Shown: positions 25,178 to 39,183, counted from the first letter of the stretch. The stretch: 64,000 nucleotides of DNA from Phoronis australis (GCA_002633005.1 NMRA01000340.1:62001-126000); one strand, 5' to 3'. The notes: generated by a model not told the origin, from the letters alone. Numbers and translations: made by a program.

Positions 25178-27339
25178 CAATGCATAGACAGGTTACAGTG
25201 TTCGTTAGTAAATGCAGTCAATGTTCAACTTCAAATACATTAAAAGAAAAAGCTTCGCTTAAAAGAATTGAAAGGGAAGGTCATAACCTTTTCGAGGAAG
25301 TCCCATTTCTCTAATGCCATAACACGGAATCAGTTGGTTATAAAATGGTGGCAAAATGTAGCCCAAGGAAGCTGTTCCATGAGATTGGGTTTATATTTCT
25401 CTCGCATCACAATTGCAAAAAACGTTTCCTCCTCCCCAGGCCTCAAAGTCACACCGCTTTGCGCGGTCCGAGTTTCAGCTCAAAACGCCACGTTTCGGTC
25501 TCAACCGTAAATGAGCGCCCCGTTAACAGGATATGAGGTTGTGCATACTTTCTAGAAGTCACTGAGTCAAACTAATAATTACAGTTAGTCAGGTCGCGGG
25601 AGCATGTAAACTAGGCGATTGCTCGCCATTTTTGTCCCACGTGAACGAAACCGTCAAGGTGATTTTACGGTTCGCTGGGGACGCTTGCAATGCAGATCAA
25701 CGATATACCGAGAAGGAAAGAGGAAAAGTGCCTGTTGCTGAAAAAAAACATATAGCAGAATATACGTCAGGATAAATCACATACGATTGTCGAGTATCTA
25801 TTGATAAACAAGCTCAAAGTGAAAGATATTCACCTGTGAAACGTTTCAACAATATTTTTCATTTTATCTCCTTTACGACAGCCAACAATTTGTACATGAT
25901 CCGTATGCCGTGTCCGTTAACGCTTGCGTTTTCGTGTCCCTCAAAAATCGCTCACTAATTAGTAAAACTGAAGTTTGTTATTCATTCTGTATACATGTAC
26001 GAGTCCTTCTCCGCATCGTTACGGTAGCCATGCGCGCTTGGGGCCATTAACCCGCACAATATGACCTAGAGTTCGGGTTGCTTGCTTATATAGTTGAAGT
26101 TTTAAAAAGTTTTCGTAGGTTTACGTCTATATCAGCTTGCCAAGACGTCTCATAGACTTATGGCTAGGCGTTTCGTTTGGGTTTCTCTCCGCTCTTCTGC
26201 TCCTTCTGGCTAAACGTTGTTCGATCAATCCGAATACGCAATCAAATTCATACATAACGCAAGTGTACTAGGATCCTACCTTTGGAATGATTCATTGTAT
26301 AGTTCCCATAGGTAAACTAAGAAGTGGTATGTAGGCATACAGGGACAATTTCCATTCGAAATTGTGGACGTGCCCTTTCAACTCGACATCCTGGACCCAC
26401 CAGTGAGACATTTTTATGTTGATACCAGGATCTCAACACTTACGGATGCATGGACAACAGGATGCAAGCGGATGCAGACACGAAGAAGCTCTCATCACTT
26501 TCAAATGGACAGCTAACTTTATTAACGCGTGAAAGGTCGCTTAACAATAATTCGAATAAAGGTGTCACCTAAATTTACTACTCTGCATTTGTAAATGTAA
26601 AGTTTAGGCCCTATTAACACGTGTGTTTACGCAAGATTCGAAAAACTTCTCTGTATTAATTTGCGTAACTGTGTTTGTGTGCGTGTGCGTGTGCGTGTGG
26701 GTGAGTGTCGGTTTCGCCCAAATACTTTTTCTTAATTGATTTCTGAGCAATAATGTTATCCGTAGTATGTATTAAAAGGAAAAGAGTCCAATACAATATT
26801 TAAAAAGGATACTCAAACAATTTGATGCTTGGTGACCAAGGTTGACAGATAACCGTTTAAATGGCTAACATCATTCTTTAAAACGGACTTGAAAACCTAT
26901 GTCGAAACCTATCTCTAAATGATATTGTTCACATAAACGAAGACGACACAGGATTCAATGTCCCCAAAAAACTCATGACATGAAATCTAGAGTCCTTTAA
27001 CTTTACTACATAGAAAGGAAAGCGATATTATTTTCTCCTTCTCCTCTGACATGTGATCAGTATGCCAACAAGCTAAAATTCAGTAGCAGCCATAATTTTT
27101 GGCAATACCTTCCTTCTTGAAGCAAAGTCAAATTTCCAATATACTTGCAAAGAAGACAGCAATGAAGAACATTGAGAGCTGACATATATAGACAGGCCCA
27201 TTCAATAGGCCTACAGCTCATTATTTGTACGACCTTGTAATATACTTATACATGTATACGATTTTACTATATGCAGTAATATATGATAACGTTACACAGA
27301 TGTACGAACTTCGTAACGAATCAGCATGTATTGAATTCG

Positions 27340-27681
27340 TGAAAATATTGCGTAGAAGAATCTTTTTCTTTCATTTCATCTTTATTATGATCTCCTCATC
27401 GACTTATGCCAATTTCTAATAATATGACTTAAAAATGAGCCCTGAATTCAATGAAAATAAATAGGGACTTAATAGGAGCGTTGAATGAAATACTTTCCAT
27501 AATATTGCGAATTCAATGTCAAGTTCACTCTCAATTTGTATCAAAGCCAAAAGGTGACTTAGTAATGAAACTAAAACAGCATAAGCTAGGACAATCGATG
27601 TTTTCACAAGTCCACAAATACGCAGTACATTTACGGAACTTAGTTGAGTCCCTATTTGGGACTACTTCATGCAACCCGGCA
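27340..27681 (+). mobile_element. Partial Harbinger-like MITE (same family as 51177-51610)
   Basis: Ends in CTTAGTTGAGTCCC...GCAACCCGGCA|CTG. Confidence 0.65.
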
Positions 27682-29013
27682 CTGGCGTGTTTTTACTACA
27701 GAAAAGACAAGTTTCGATTAAGAAGTGCTTAAATATGTGAACACTGTTTTCTTGAAAACTTTTTATTGTTATAAAACTTTGGAGGCATTAACAAAGCTCA
27801 CAGCAATGAAGAAAAAATGTTCAATAAGTGGTCTATACACTGTAGAGGTGTCATGTCTTAATTTACGAGTCATATTCTGCGAATTTATTGATGATGTCTT
27901 CAAAGTAAATGGAGTTAAGTACTTCTTTCTGAACTGAGAGAATGGCAAAGCGTGTCAGGCGATCCTGACTTAACGTTGACATTAGGTAACTTTTAGCCAT
28001 CTTCAAGTTGCTCTAAGACATTTCACAAGTTAACAAAATCTGAAACGTCGTTCTCAGATTTGAAAACAAATTCATTATCTTGTATGGTGACCTTCAGAAA
28101 CTCTCCTGGTGTCGAAGGAATGTCTGTGCGCTGTCGTTTCTCGAAAAGTATTCGGCAGTCGATAATTTATTCATGAAGCGAGTTGCCGTTGAGGTCCCCT
28201 TCAAATGTGGCACCAAAATAGCACAAGGTTGCGGCAGATCATTTGATTTCATACTGCAAAACATCACAGTGATTGGACTTTCAATAGGAAGCCGAACTGA
28301 GAGTTCTGTTCTTGACTTCGGTTTCTGCGTTCTTGAAGTTCAGTTGACAACCTCTTTTACGCACTGGTTCACCACGGTGACGACTTCATATGTCATAGAT
28401 GGTTCAACATCTGCTGCTGCATTATCACTGCAAGCGTGTTTCTCTTTCGCCTCACACGTCGTTCTACGGGCTTTTTGAGGACTTCAAACGGCACATGAAG
28501 TAATGTTGTAACCACTTTGGAGCTTTTAAAATTTCGTTTGCGCAGCGCTTCTTCAAAAAGGAGATGAATTTCAAAAGGCGTAATTTGTAAACAGAAACGT
28601 CCATGAACAGTATTTCGGAAAGTTTAGTGATCGGAAATGGGTGATGTTCGCAGGCAGTGGCTGATTGTGGATGTCGGAAGTTTTCGAAGGAATGGGCTGA
28701 GCCCTTGCCCCTCCCCCTCGCCCACAGAAGTATCTGAGATGTTCAAAGGGGAGTGGGGCAAATGCGAAATTACTCACGACCGGTGGTGGTGGGGGGGGGG
28801 GGGGGGNTATGCCCCCCCCCCCGTGGCTACTCCAGTAACCACGCCTTAAACCCGCTTGTGCGGAGATGGTGTGCGCCAATAAATTTTTCGCCCGCCAAGC
28901 AAAGAAAACCATTAGTCGTGTCTCCTTTTTATTTTTGTGGGTCTGCGGGAGCAATTGTCCCTCTCCCGTACCCCCTCGCTACGCCAGTGTGTCTTTACAA
29001 GCCGGTTATGTCT

Positions 29014-29169
29014 CATAGGCGGATTTAGGGGGGGGGGCAGGGGGCCCGAGTAAAACCCCCTCCCGACCTCCCCCCATTCGGTGCTATGCGCATCTACAAT
29101 CGTAGGTGGCGCAAATGTTTACAGAAAAAAAAGTTGGGCCCCCCTTGTGATATCCTAGATCCGCCACTG
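29014..29169 (-). mobile_element. Internally deleted MITE, family 1
   Basis: CATAGGCGGATTTAG...CTAGATCCGCCACTG with flanks TGTCT/TGTGT. Absent in the copy D paralogous region. Confidence 0.75.
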
Positions 29170-29519
29170 TGTGTTAAACATAAATTTTCCTTGTTATTGG
29201 GAAATCAATTATTAGAAGAACTACATACAATCACATGTTATTCTGTAACTGATTAGTTTCTAGGCACCATAAAATTTGTTGTACACTGAGTATCAATGTG
29301 CAAACAGGAAATGATACGTCCCGGAAGGTCGTTTAATCGGTTCCCAAATTTGGTTCCACCTGTTGAAAACTTCAAAATTTGTTATCGTCCTTGAAGGACG
29401 TGCGTACATTTCGAATAGTCCTTGTTATGCTGTGCTGTCGGTTGAAAGAATAATCGTCTACATGTAGGCTTACCTTTCATGTTTTCCATAAACTTACATA
29501 GACATTAAATCAGCAATAC

Positions 29520-29674
29520 CAGGGCGGATCCAGGATTTTGATTTAGGGCTATGGCCGAGTATTAGCCAGGACTTTGCCCGTCATACATTCGCAGCCAAAA
29601 ACTGCCGAATGGAATTTGGAAGAATTTTAGGGAGGCATGGCACCCTTGGCCCCTTACTCCTAAATCCACCACTG
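29520..29674. mobile_element. MITE (5-bp TSD class) upstream of the copy C promoter
   Basis: CAGGGCGGATCC...AAATCCACCACTG with flanks AATAC/ATTAC. Empty site at ~43230. Confidence 0.7.
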
Positions 29675-29841
29675 ATTACCTTACAAAATCATCAATATTG
29701 ACGATGCAGATGTGCTCTCCATGAATATTTCAGAGGAAACCTTTTACAAAAGCATAAAAGATTTACGTCAGTTTGCGAGAGTAAACACTTTAATAAATTG
29801 AAGCCAAAGTGAACTAATTGCTTAATATGAGGAGTAGTATC

Positions 29842-30126
29842 ATGGCTGGGTGGTTAATGTCGCTGCTGATATTTTCTCAGTACCTTTGGTTCCGGGGTCG
29901 CTCAGCGATGTTTGTCGAGTTTTCTACAGAAAAGTCATCCAAAACAACTTCCTCTAACAGCTTGATGACACATGAAATCAGATCAGGATCCGAATGCTCA
30001 CAGAAGTGTGCTTTACAGAAAGGCTGCGTGGCTTTTCTTTATGAGGTGGACTCGGCACGTTGCACTAAATACATCACTGTGGACTCGATACTTCGGGATC
30101 GAGGCAGTAACATATTTGGGTGGCAG
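29842..30126 (+). CDS. PAN-FReD copy C exon 1 (signal peptide + PAN); GC donor
   Basis: Homologous to B and D; ECSQKCALQKGCVAFLY. Donor position reads CAG|GCAAGG. Confidence 0.82.
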
Positions 30127-32502
30127 GCAAGGCACATGTTTAGATGGCAAGTAATTTTGATATCCTTCCATTTCTCCTCCTCCTCCGTCCGTCCACCTCC
30201 CTTTCCCTGTCACCCGTTTACCTTCAAGATGAATTATTTGTACCGGTTTAGTGTGCAACCGTAATGCATGTTCTAGGATACATTTACTTGACTGAGATTC
30301 GACATTACACATGCGCAAAATCCCTGCTAATTCTTTAGGTGGACGGTATGGGTTTAAAAATATTGTCAAACGTAATCTGAACAAAAGTGTCCCACATCTC
30401 TATTATTAATAAAACACTAATCAAAGAAGGGGGTGATAAAAAATTGTTGGTGGGACTTCAAAACCAGCTGGCTGGACTGCAAGTCCGGTGCTCTAACTTG
30501 GTGGTCGGACTTAAACGAGTTGGCCTGTGCTCAGACACAATGATTTTGAATAAAACAAACACATGGGTACGAAAATTAAACACAAGATGTCATTTGAATC
30601 CTTCGAGAGTCTCTGAGAAAGTCCTTTCGTCGTCTTTGAGCATCTGCCAACTGGTTATAGCACCGGCCATCGTGTTTTGGGTCCAGCCAACTAGTCTTTT
30701 GGGTGAGGCCATCTCGTTTTGAAGTCCGCCAGCACGTTTGATCACTGGCCATTTGGTTTTGCAGTCCAGCCGACTGATCAGTCTGGACAAGTCAGTCCGA
30801 CCAACTGTTGACCCCCCTCTCCCACTTATAAATGCAGTTTTGAAAACTTTTATGTCGAAGGTCGCAAGAGAGCTACATACATTATTGTATCAGTTTCTAA
30901 ATTTTATTTACGTAACAATGCGACGCTCAATAGGTGTTGAAAGAGCGCAATAAGGAAGATATGTTTTGACGGTGTTGTTTTCCGAAAGAATATGAAGCTA
31001 AATTACGTGAAGGATGTTGCCTATTGTCAATTCATGTATCTACGATCGCAATCGTGACATGATTTAGACTTCTTACTAAAAAGTTAAACATGCAATAGCA
31101 TAACATGCCCGTAGGAAGGCAAAAATAATTGGGGGGGGGGCACAATCCATTTCGACTTCGCCAACCTACCTTCCCCCCCCTCGCCACCAATTCCGCCACT
31201 CCCGTGCTCCCCATGCCACCATATTTGTATCGAATCTCCCACGTCCGCCCTAGGTGGGGGACAATCCTGGGGAGGCAGCCATCAAGAGTTGAGTAACCGT
31301 GAACCAACATGGAGAGTAAGAATAGGCATAGGAGCAATAAACCCGGTAAGAAGAGCCGCCTCAAGTAGCTAATCCTGAGATCTAACAATGTGAAAATACG
31401 AAATTCCCAATGAACTAAAGCTAGTTGCTGGTCAGCTCAACTATGATTCACTTGAGACAGGCAGCTCGTGCCTGCCGTCCGCACTGGCTCTAAGGTCAAG
31501 ATTCGTTTCATTGTGATCAGGCACCGGGAAAATTTCATTTCATTATGGTAATTCTTTGAAGGAGTTTTTTGAAAAGGTGAGGTACCGAGGTCCCTGGTAT
31601 TGTGCCTTTGGAGCTGTTTCAAAATCTATCATTGAAACACGAGCGGAAGTCCAGTTTCTGGTGGTTGCGGAAAATGATACAGAGTGTTTCCCAAAAATGT
31701 ACACATTTCAACGCCTGAAGTTCAGTTCCCGTGGATCTCTGAGATTCTACGCGGACCTAGTGCATGGTTATATCTTATTTTTAACGTGAATGCGTCAGTC
31801 ATGACGTGCACAGGAATCCGGCAAGCAAACAATTTAGTTTTGAAGAATAAAAATCCATTGCTCAATACTACGAGAAAACAAAAACACCAAGGAAGTACAA
31901 AGACAACCTTTCCAAGCAATGAGTTTAATTTTATTTATTAAGGGACTTTTAAATTTTTTTTTGATCTACGGGTGGGAGTCTAAATTTCATCAAAAAGTCT
32001 TTAAGAGTTATTTTAGATACATGTAGGCAAAATCTTTTAAGCGTAGTTTACTATTTGGGAATCAGATTACAGAGTTTTTCCAACTTAAATTCACTGAAAC
32101 ACCATCATTTCTTAGAAGATTAGCTTCTAATTGTCAAAAATCATCTACGAATCTATCGATTTTCGTAGATACATAAACAAGTAAAATAGAAACCAACAAA
32201 ACTAAATGTTATAAGCAATTCCCGCAGGCATGCCTCGCAGATTTTTGACGGGTAACCGGGGGAACATGGGAGATGGGGCATTCGTAAATGGGTGTATATT
32301 TGCTTATTTCAGAGGCACATGTACCTATAACGGTTCACGAGGTAAATTTGATCTCCACTGAGAAAAACGCTGAAATCGTTGTTTATGATTGCGAGAGTTC
32401 TTTGAATGCCCCCTTTCGACATGTACGCGGTCATCAGAAACAGTAGCATAGACAGCAGTGTTTTCCACATGTGGAAATTCCTTACAAACAAATCATAGTA
32501 AC

Positions 32503-32770
32503 CATGCAGGCACCCAGGGGGTCTCGCACGAGCCCCTCCCCCCATTTGGCGAAGTGGGCAAAAAGGTCCGCCTCAAAGAAACAAGAAGTCCGAGAAAAAC
32601 GAGTCAAAAATCCACTAACAAGGCAAAAAGGCAGGAATCGGTGGGAATGCTCAATTCATAGCTCTGATCGTAGTACATCGTTTTTTTTCTTAGTCCCCGT
32701 TTGTTTTTAGTAAAATGACCACATTCTCAAAAATTCGAGCCCCCTATAATTTAGGCTGGGTGCGTGTATG
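32503..32770 (-). mobile_element. Complete MITE, family 2
   Basis: CATGCAGGCACCCAG...CTGGGTGCGTGTATG with exact TSD GTAAC. Confidence 0.85.
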
Positions 32771-34304
32771 GTAACCATCATCAAAAAGAGATGCTATTCT
32801 TGTTATACTATGGAAAACAGTAACATTATTTTGTAACTAACCATCGGAAATGGTCCTTTTGTGTAATTCACAAATAGTGGTCTTCACGTTCTTCAAAATT
32901 CCACCCTTTCAATGGCGATCAATGCTATTGCATTTTGTTTACATTTTTAATTGTTTAGGTTGAATGAATCGATAGGCCTACTTCTGTGATGGGCACGAAT
33001 GTTTGTATTTTTTGATGAATTCAGCAAAATGGAGGTAATCGATTCCAACATTAGGCCCTCTCTCCGTGTGCGGCCCCTTTAGAATTTGTCAATAAAAACA
33101 CAAAAGGGAGGCCACTTGAATATCATCAATGTCCTCCTTCAAGGGCGGGGCTCCTAAATATGAAAATATCTATATATTTTTCGAAAATCAGGAAATGCGC
33201 AGCAATTGATGTTATCTGTCGGGTTATCAATTTTTTCTCCAGTGATACACAGTTAAGACAAAAAATAAAGCGAATGTTGTCTCTGTTATCCCTTGCCAGA
33301 GAGTGGCCTCTGGAAAAATATAGTTTTTCATTCGCAAAACTGACTTGTTGAATTCAAAAATCCAATAAATTAGTACGCTCCACAAAAGCTTCGCTTTACA
33401 AATTTTCTCGATTTTTCGAAATATATGTACGAGTATGAATGATTACGTCACATTTGCAAGTGTGTTTAGACGACCTGTGCTGCAAAAGTGGAGACCCTAA
33501 TAATGTCCTGGCCAGGGTCCTCCAAAGGTAAACCATGCACTGTTGTTAAGTGTTTTCTTAGAATGTTCTCTCTTTTTCGTATTTCGCAGTCTTTCTTTTC
33601 GCAGTCTTTCTTTTCTCGATTGTCCCCTACCCCACGCCTTTGTCGGTTGCTACGGTTTAACCCTGACGCCTGAAAATTTTTTTGGGGGCCGGTGCCACCC
33701 CGGCCCCCCGCTTCCTACGGCCGTGCATAACTAATTCAGGTTTGTGTGATTTTAAAGGGAAAGGGTGATGCGGTATTTTAAGTTGATCGTATTTTCAAAA
33801 AGAACATTCAATCCATATGATGCCCTCTTTGTCCCCCAACTTCACCTGATACAAGCTAAAATGGGCTGGGATCATTTTTCCTCTCAGCGTCACCTGATGT
33901 CATATGATATGGGTAAAGATCCATCTTTATTTTCCTTTCTAGGTCGAAGGGCAGATTTCAAAATGGGTCGGGTGTAAACCAAAAACAATTAATGCTACTT
34001 TTTGGCCACACATATGCCGTCTAAATTGGAGACTACAAGGTGGGCAGTGCAATGAGGGGCAATCTAAGGCCGCGACCTTTCTAAGAACAATAGGACGCAA
34101 AAATGAAATGTGATTCTATCCGGAGTAGATTTTTGTAAATCAAGTTGTAGCGTAGTCTCGTTGTGGTCCCCCGTCTACGCCTGTAATAGAAGATCGTACG
34201 ACCGACCACGTGTTAAAGGAGCATGCCACCCAAAAAACAGCCTAATTTGTATCAATTTAGATTGAGTAGTTCTACTCCATAACTACACGTACGGTTGCGT
34301 TACC

Positions 34305-34867
34305 TGTGGTGGGCCGTTGAGGGGAAAGTGTCGCCGTAAAATTACGCTCGTAATTACGAGCATAAATTAAATTGCAGGAGTGTCGCCGTACAATTACGCT
34401 CGTAAATAAAATGGGGAACGTTTCCCCGTAAAATTACGCTCGTAATTACGAACGTAAATTAAATTGCAAAGTGTTGTTGAAAAATTACGCCAGTAAATTA
34501 AATGGGGGAAATTTCGCCGTAAATTACGCTCGTAAAATACCTTAAGAACGTTCCAAATATAAACCAATTAGTGTTGACCGGCTCGTTCTTGCACAATTGT
34601 TGACATTGCAGCAATTTGATCCGCCATGATTCAGCGCTCGTATCGTAGACATGTAACCCGTCAGTAAATAAGTATTTCCATGAGCACGCGCGACCGTGGA
34701 TTGTAAAACCCAACGTCATTGGCTAAGAGTTTAAACTAAATTACGAGAGTAATTTTACGCCTAAAGAATTAAATTACGCTCGTAATTTTACGTCGTAATT
34801 AACGGCGTAATGTACATAATTACGCTCGTATTTTTCCGGCGACACTTTCCCCCCAACGGCCGATCAT
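34305..34867. mobile_element. Foldback-like element with subterminal AATTACGCTCGTAA repeats
   Basis: TIRs GGCCGTTG.GGGGAAAGTGTCGCCG; flanking duplication GTTACC(TG). Confidence 0.75.
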
Positions 34868-35516
34868 AGTTACCTGACAACTGACGGCAGACGGAGGTGT
34901 TGAAATTATCTAATGACGTCATTGGTTTCACACGCAGTCTGTTCAGCAGTTCACAACACGGGTTACTGGTGTCAGCTTATCGCTTGAAGTCATCGTTTAA
35001 CACCAATAAATTATCAAACTTCGATGTAAAACCCTTAAAAATACACCGAGTTCTTATAAAAACGTGTTGTTTTATTTCGCTCTTACAGATTTATTGGTAT
35101 TTGGACACACCGTAGCCTACAAAGTTCGGCAGGCCAATAAGGTCCGTAGCAGGAGTTTGGGGTCTGTTCGGAGATAATTTCGAAGTATTTTCCGTGAGAT
35201 ACAGACATGAGAACCTAGATCTGTGTTGTTTAGACTTGGGATTTTTTTGGTTTTAAACACAAAACGCTTGTTATCCTGGTCAGTGGCTCGGAGCCCGATC
35301 ATGCCCTTCGCGGCCGGCCGGACTGACTCGTTATCCCGGGCAGGCCAGTGGCTCGGAAACTGATCCGACATCACGAACATCAACCAGCCAAAGTTCAGTG
35401 GAAACTAAACTTCCAGTCAAGAAATACTATACTAGTGAGCCAAAGTAATGTGCACGTGATTATGTTGGTGAATTACCACGAAACTGCAAATCTATACTCG
35501 TCGGGGGCCGCGAATT

Positions 35517-35661
35517 CCGCCTCCCGTTCAGTGACGCTAGGACCTCGCTAAAAAGCAAGACTTCGCGAGATTACGTGAGATATTGCCGTGCATTGTAAAT
35601 AGGAACACGTGACTTTGACTAGGATTTAGCTAGGTCCTAGCGTCTACTGAAAGCACGCCAG
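35517..35661 (+). mobile_element. ~150-bp MITE (inverted copy at 37403-37557; fragments near 54340 and 55330)
   Basis: Imperfect TIRs TTCAGT(G/A)ACGCTAGGACC...GGTCCTAGCGT. Confidence 0.65.
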
Positions 35662-36244
35662 GTTCCGCTTTGGCCACAGCACCGTCAGGGCAGAAGTTGT
35701 ACATTGACAATCATTATTTGAGTAATGTAAATGTAAATAAATATTCCCCTAACACCTGGCCGTGGGATGGAAATCGAGTTGTTTCACAATAGTTTCTATC
35801 AGCAAACACTAATTTAGTATGAGCTCACACGGCCTCGGTGTCCCGTCAATTAGTTTTATTGCACTTAAAGCCGGTAACGCAGTGATTTATTCATTGCTGG
35901 CTTCTCAAATCACTTGCACTCACGAACACTCCAAAGGCATTACAAATTGCATCTATTGAGACAGACTTTGTTTCAGTTTTATATAAGTATTGGTTAGGGT
36001 GAGAATAGTTCATTTTGAAACAGAACGCTCAGTAATTAATAAACGCCAACATGGCAACTCGCAATCCCGACTTAGGACGAGCTAGAACTCAAAGGTCCCG
36101 ACTTCGCAGGTGGATCGTTAACTTTTACAGGCTATTAATTCGAACAGGAATACAGTGATGAAGAAATACTAGAGAGGCTCCGTGAACAAGCTCAGACAAC
36201 GGAACGTATGGAGTTATTTGGTAAGCCGGTATTCGTCGGACGTC

Positions 36245-36439
36245 TCAGTGCAGGCCACAGACACGGAGATGTTTCACGGCCTCATACTTGCTATTTACAG
36301 CGTACATTTCATTCTTCACTACCATGAGCCACTTCCTAAGCATTTCGGACTCTCGAGAAAGTAAAAAACGACATACCCGCTTTCCTCGCAGCTGCTTAGT
36401 TCGGACAAGCGGGAACGATGCACCGCAACATAGCGGCAT
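36245..36439 (-). pseudogene. Degenerate THAP zinc-finger domain
   Basis: MPLCC...RKWL..V...LRVCGLH* fits the THAP pattern (C-x-C...W...VC.xH), with a stop at the conserved Phe. Confidence 0.7.
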
Positions 36440-36746
36440 TCACTCTGCATATGAACCACATGACGTCGCTAGCATCGTTTCTCACCTTCCTCACAGGTTA
36501 ACGCGACACCTCTTGGCAAGGTAAGGTCGACCGTATGCGAGGCGATGTGGATATAGACCGATTAAGACGGCAAAAAAGACCAATTAAATCGGGTGGCATT
36601 CTCCTTTAACTTCTATTTAAGTGCGCAATATGTCCGTTCTTCCTTCTGATTGCCCGACATGTGATCGCTGCATTTTTATACTGATCGCTGCATTATTAAT
36701 ACCGAAGGAAATGACGATGACTAATGATTTGCTTATTTATTTATAG

Positions 36747-36771
36747 GTGTTTCCAGATTGCACTGCTGCAG
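36747..36771 (+). CDS. PAN-FReD copy C micro-exon
   Basis: TAG|GTGTTTCCAGATTGCACTGCTGCAG|GTATGT. Confidence 0.85.
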
Positions 36772-38557
36772 GTATGTCATAAACTTTTGAAATAAACATG
36801 CGATATTTAACTCTTTTAAGGTGGCAATTTCTCTAGGGCCCAGATAACCTTTTAAGGTTCTAGAAATTTGCCAACTTGGCTTACTTTTGAATATCATATC
36901 TCAGAAGTGACTGAGAGTATTCCTATGAAACAGCGTCCTGTCGTTCAGTAACTTTTCCAGACGTGAGGGGTGCTGAACGTGCGATAGTAACTGGCTTAAC
37001 TTAACTTTCATTTTTATCAGCCCACCCCAGTCAGTCTAGATACGATCCGATCGGAGATTAGAGCAATTATCAAACAAAAGAGCGCAGACCCTCCAACCAT
37101 CAACGCCAGAATGGAGTTACAAAAAAGTGACAAATCTATTGATGGTCCGTGCCCACAATACAGTGCAATGTTGCTGTCTGGTGACATCCGACGACCGTAG
37201 ATGTTAGAAACTCATTGTTATTGGTCCAATTAAACACATGTTTACTGTTCTTTTTACCCTCAGCTTCTTCCGCAGAGCATTCCCCCTGACTGATCGCAAA
37301 AACCTAGCAAGATCGTCTTTAAATCTGCGACGCAATCATCGTGGACTAGGCTGAGTTCACGTTGAGATTTTTGACATGACATTGCTTCAAATTTTCAGGG
37401 ACCCGGCGTGTGTTCAGTAACGCTAGGACCTACGATAGGACCTGGCTAAAATCGAGCCAGAGTCACGTGTTGTCATTTAAAATACACAAATATCTCACGT
37501 AATCTCACGAAGTCTTTGCTTTTTAGCGAGGTCCTAGCGTTACTGAACGGGAGACTGGATTAAGTTATCCGCGGAGAGGACACGAAGCTGTTGGGACCCT
37601 TGGCACGCGTACTACGAATATTCGATGTGGTAAAGAAGTGTATCATTTCTTTAAAGTTGCTGCAGGAGCCGAGTTTGCCAATTAAGACAGTTAAATTTAA
37701 ATCAGATCGAAGCCTTGTTTGTTGTATGTACAGTATACTCTACATAATATGACAAACAAAGTTTCAATTTAACTTGGCAACTTAATAAGCAAACTTGGGT
37801 CCACTAGCAGAAACAACCTTAAAGCTACACTTCTTTCTTACGTGCTGCCAGTGCCATATCAACTTTTATTGCGACCCCTAAGCAGTGGGCTGTAGGCCCT
37901 AGTACGACCTTCCCTAGGTTGTCACAGTTTTCCATCCAACCAGCAACGTCGCCATCAAAATGCTTCAGTTGAGCTCCTAGTTCGGTCGCTCCAAATGTCA
38001 TTACCAAAAGTTCTTACCTTATTACCCCCAATTTCTGACCTAATTCCCCCGTAACAACAATTTCTCACAAGTTTGAAGGGCCCCTATGGCCACGAGGCGG
38101 GCCGAGGCACCCTTAGTTTGTGCGAGACCAATATGCTTTATTTATTTTGCTAAGTGGATAATCTGGCGGTGCTTGCAGCTCAAACATGAAAAATTGTACT
38201 AGTTAATCTTATTAACCGGAGCTTGTCTTCCATTGAAAATTTGTTTGGAGTTTAAAGATAGTCTAACCTGAAGTAACCACTCTTTTGTGGTAAGGACTGA
38301 CCACTGAACGCCGCTAGCGATTTTCTGAAGCGTTCACGTTTGTTTGACACGTCCAATGTATATTCTTGGTAACAATTAAAATAAAGTAACTTTGGCAAGG
38401 AAAGCTATACACCGATTTCCTAGTGAAAAGTGGCTTACTTTCGTGTTTTCTTCTTGACAACTTTTTAACAAAAGAAAACACCTTTGACTACAACTTAAAT
38501 ATAATATGTGTTTAGTCGTGATGACGTCCTGCTAATAGATTACGTTCCTTTTTGTAG

Positions 38558-39183
38558 GTTTCAACTACAGTGGATTTCTGTTGATTAGACCAACTGGCAG
38601 TCCAGAAAGTTTCTTTGTTGATTGCGAAGAAGGTTGGACAATCATTCAGCGCAGGTTCAACGGTAATGTAAATTTCAATAAAACCTGGAAAGAGTACAAA
38701 AAGGGTTTTGGTGAGCTGGACGGTGAAATGTGGCTCGGTAATGACAACATTCACTACATCACGCAGCAAGGTCAGGTTAGGGTACAGTACACAATGGTGA
38801 CTTGGAGTGGCACGGTCATGACTCGTGATCACGACTCCTTTGCTGTAGGAAATGAGGAAGACAATTACAAGCTTTCGATATCGCCAGCCGTCGTGTTTTC
38901 CATTTCTGGTTCTTCAATTGACCAAGCCAATGGCATGCCCTTTACTACAGTTGATGTAGATAACGACAAAAACCTGGACAACTGCGCAGGAGCAAAATTG
39001 GGCGGATGGTGGTACAAGAACTGCTCGCGCGTGGGGCTTAACTCTTTATATCCTCGGAATAGTAAATGTCCAATAAGCAAGGGACGCTGTATGAAGTACG
39101 AAACGGCAGAACGCAAAACGATTTTACTCAAGTCTTCAGTTGTGAAAACATTCCTGGATGCCAGAACGCCTGACAAAGCATAG
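38558..39183 (+). CDS. PAN-FReD copy C, FBG exon
   Basis: TAG acceptor; intact FBG motifs. Confidence 0.92.

Larger units (their letters stand above)
34217..36605 (-). mobile_element. Kolobok-like non-autonomous DNA transposon with THAP remnant and nested insertions
   Basis: TTAA|AGGAGCATGCCACCC...GGGTGGCATTCTCCT|TTAA; inserted in copy C intron 1. Confidence 0.85.

Noticed and set aside
31215-31300. Possible HDV-like ribozyme or LINE 5' end
   Set aside because: Only a simple hairpin was visible; I could not build the nested double pseudoknot.
34320-34530. CRISPR-like short repeats
   Set aside because: No unique regular spacers, eukaryotic context, and they sit inside TIRs of a foldback element.
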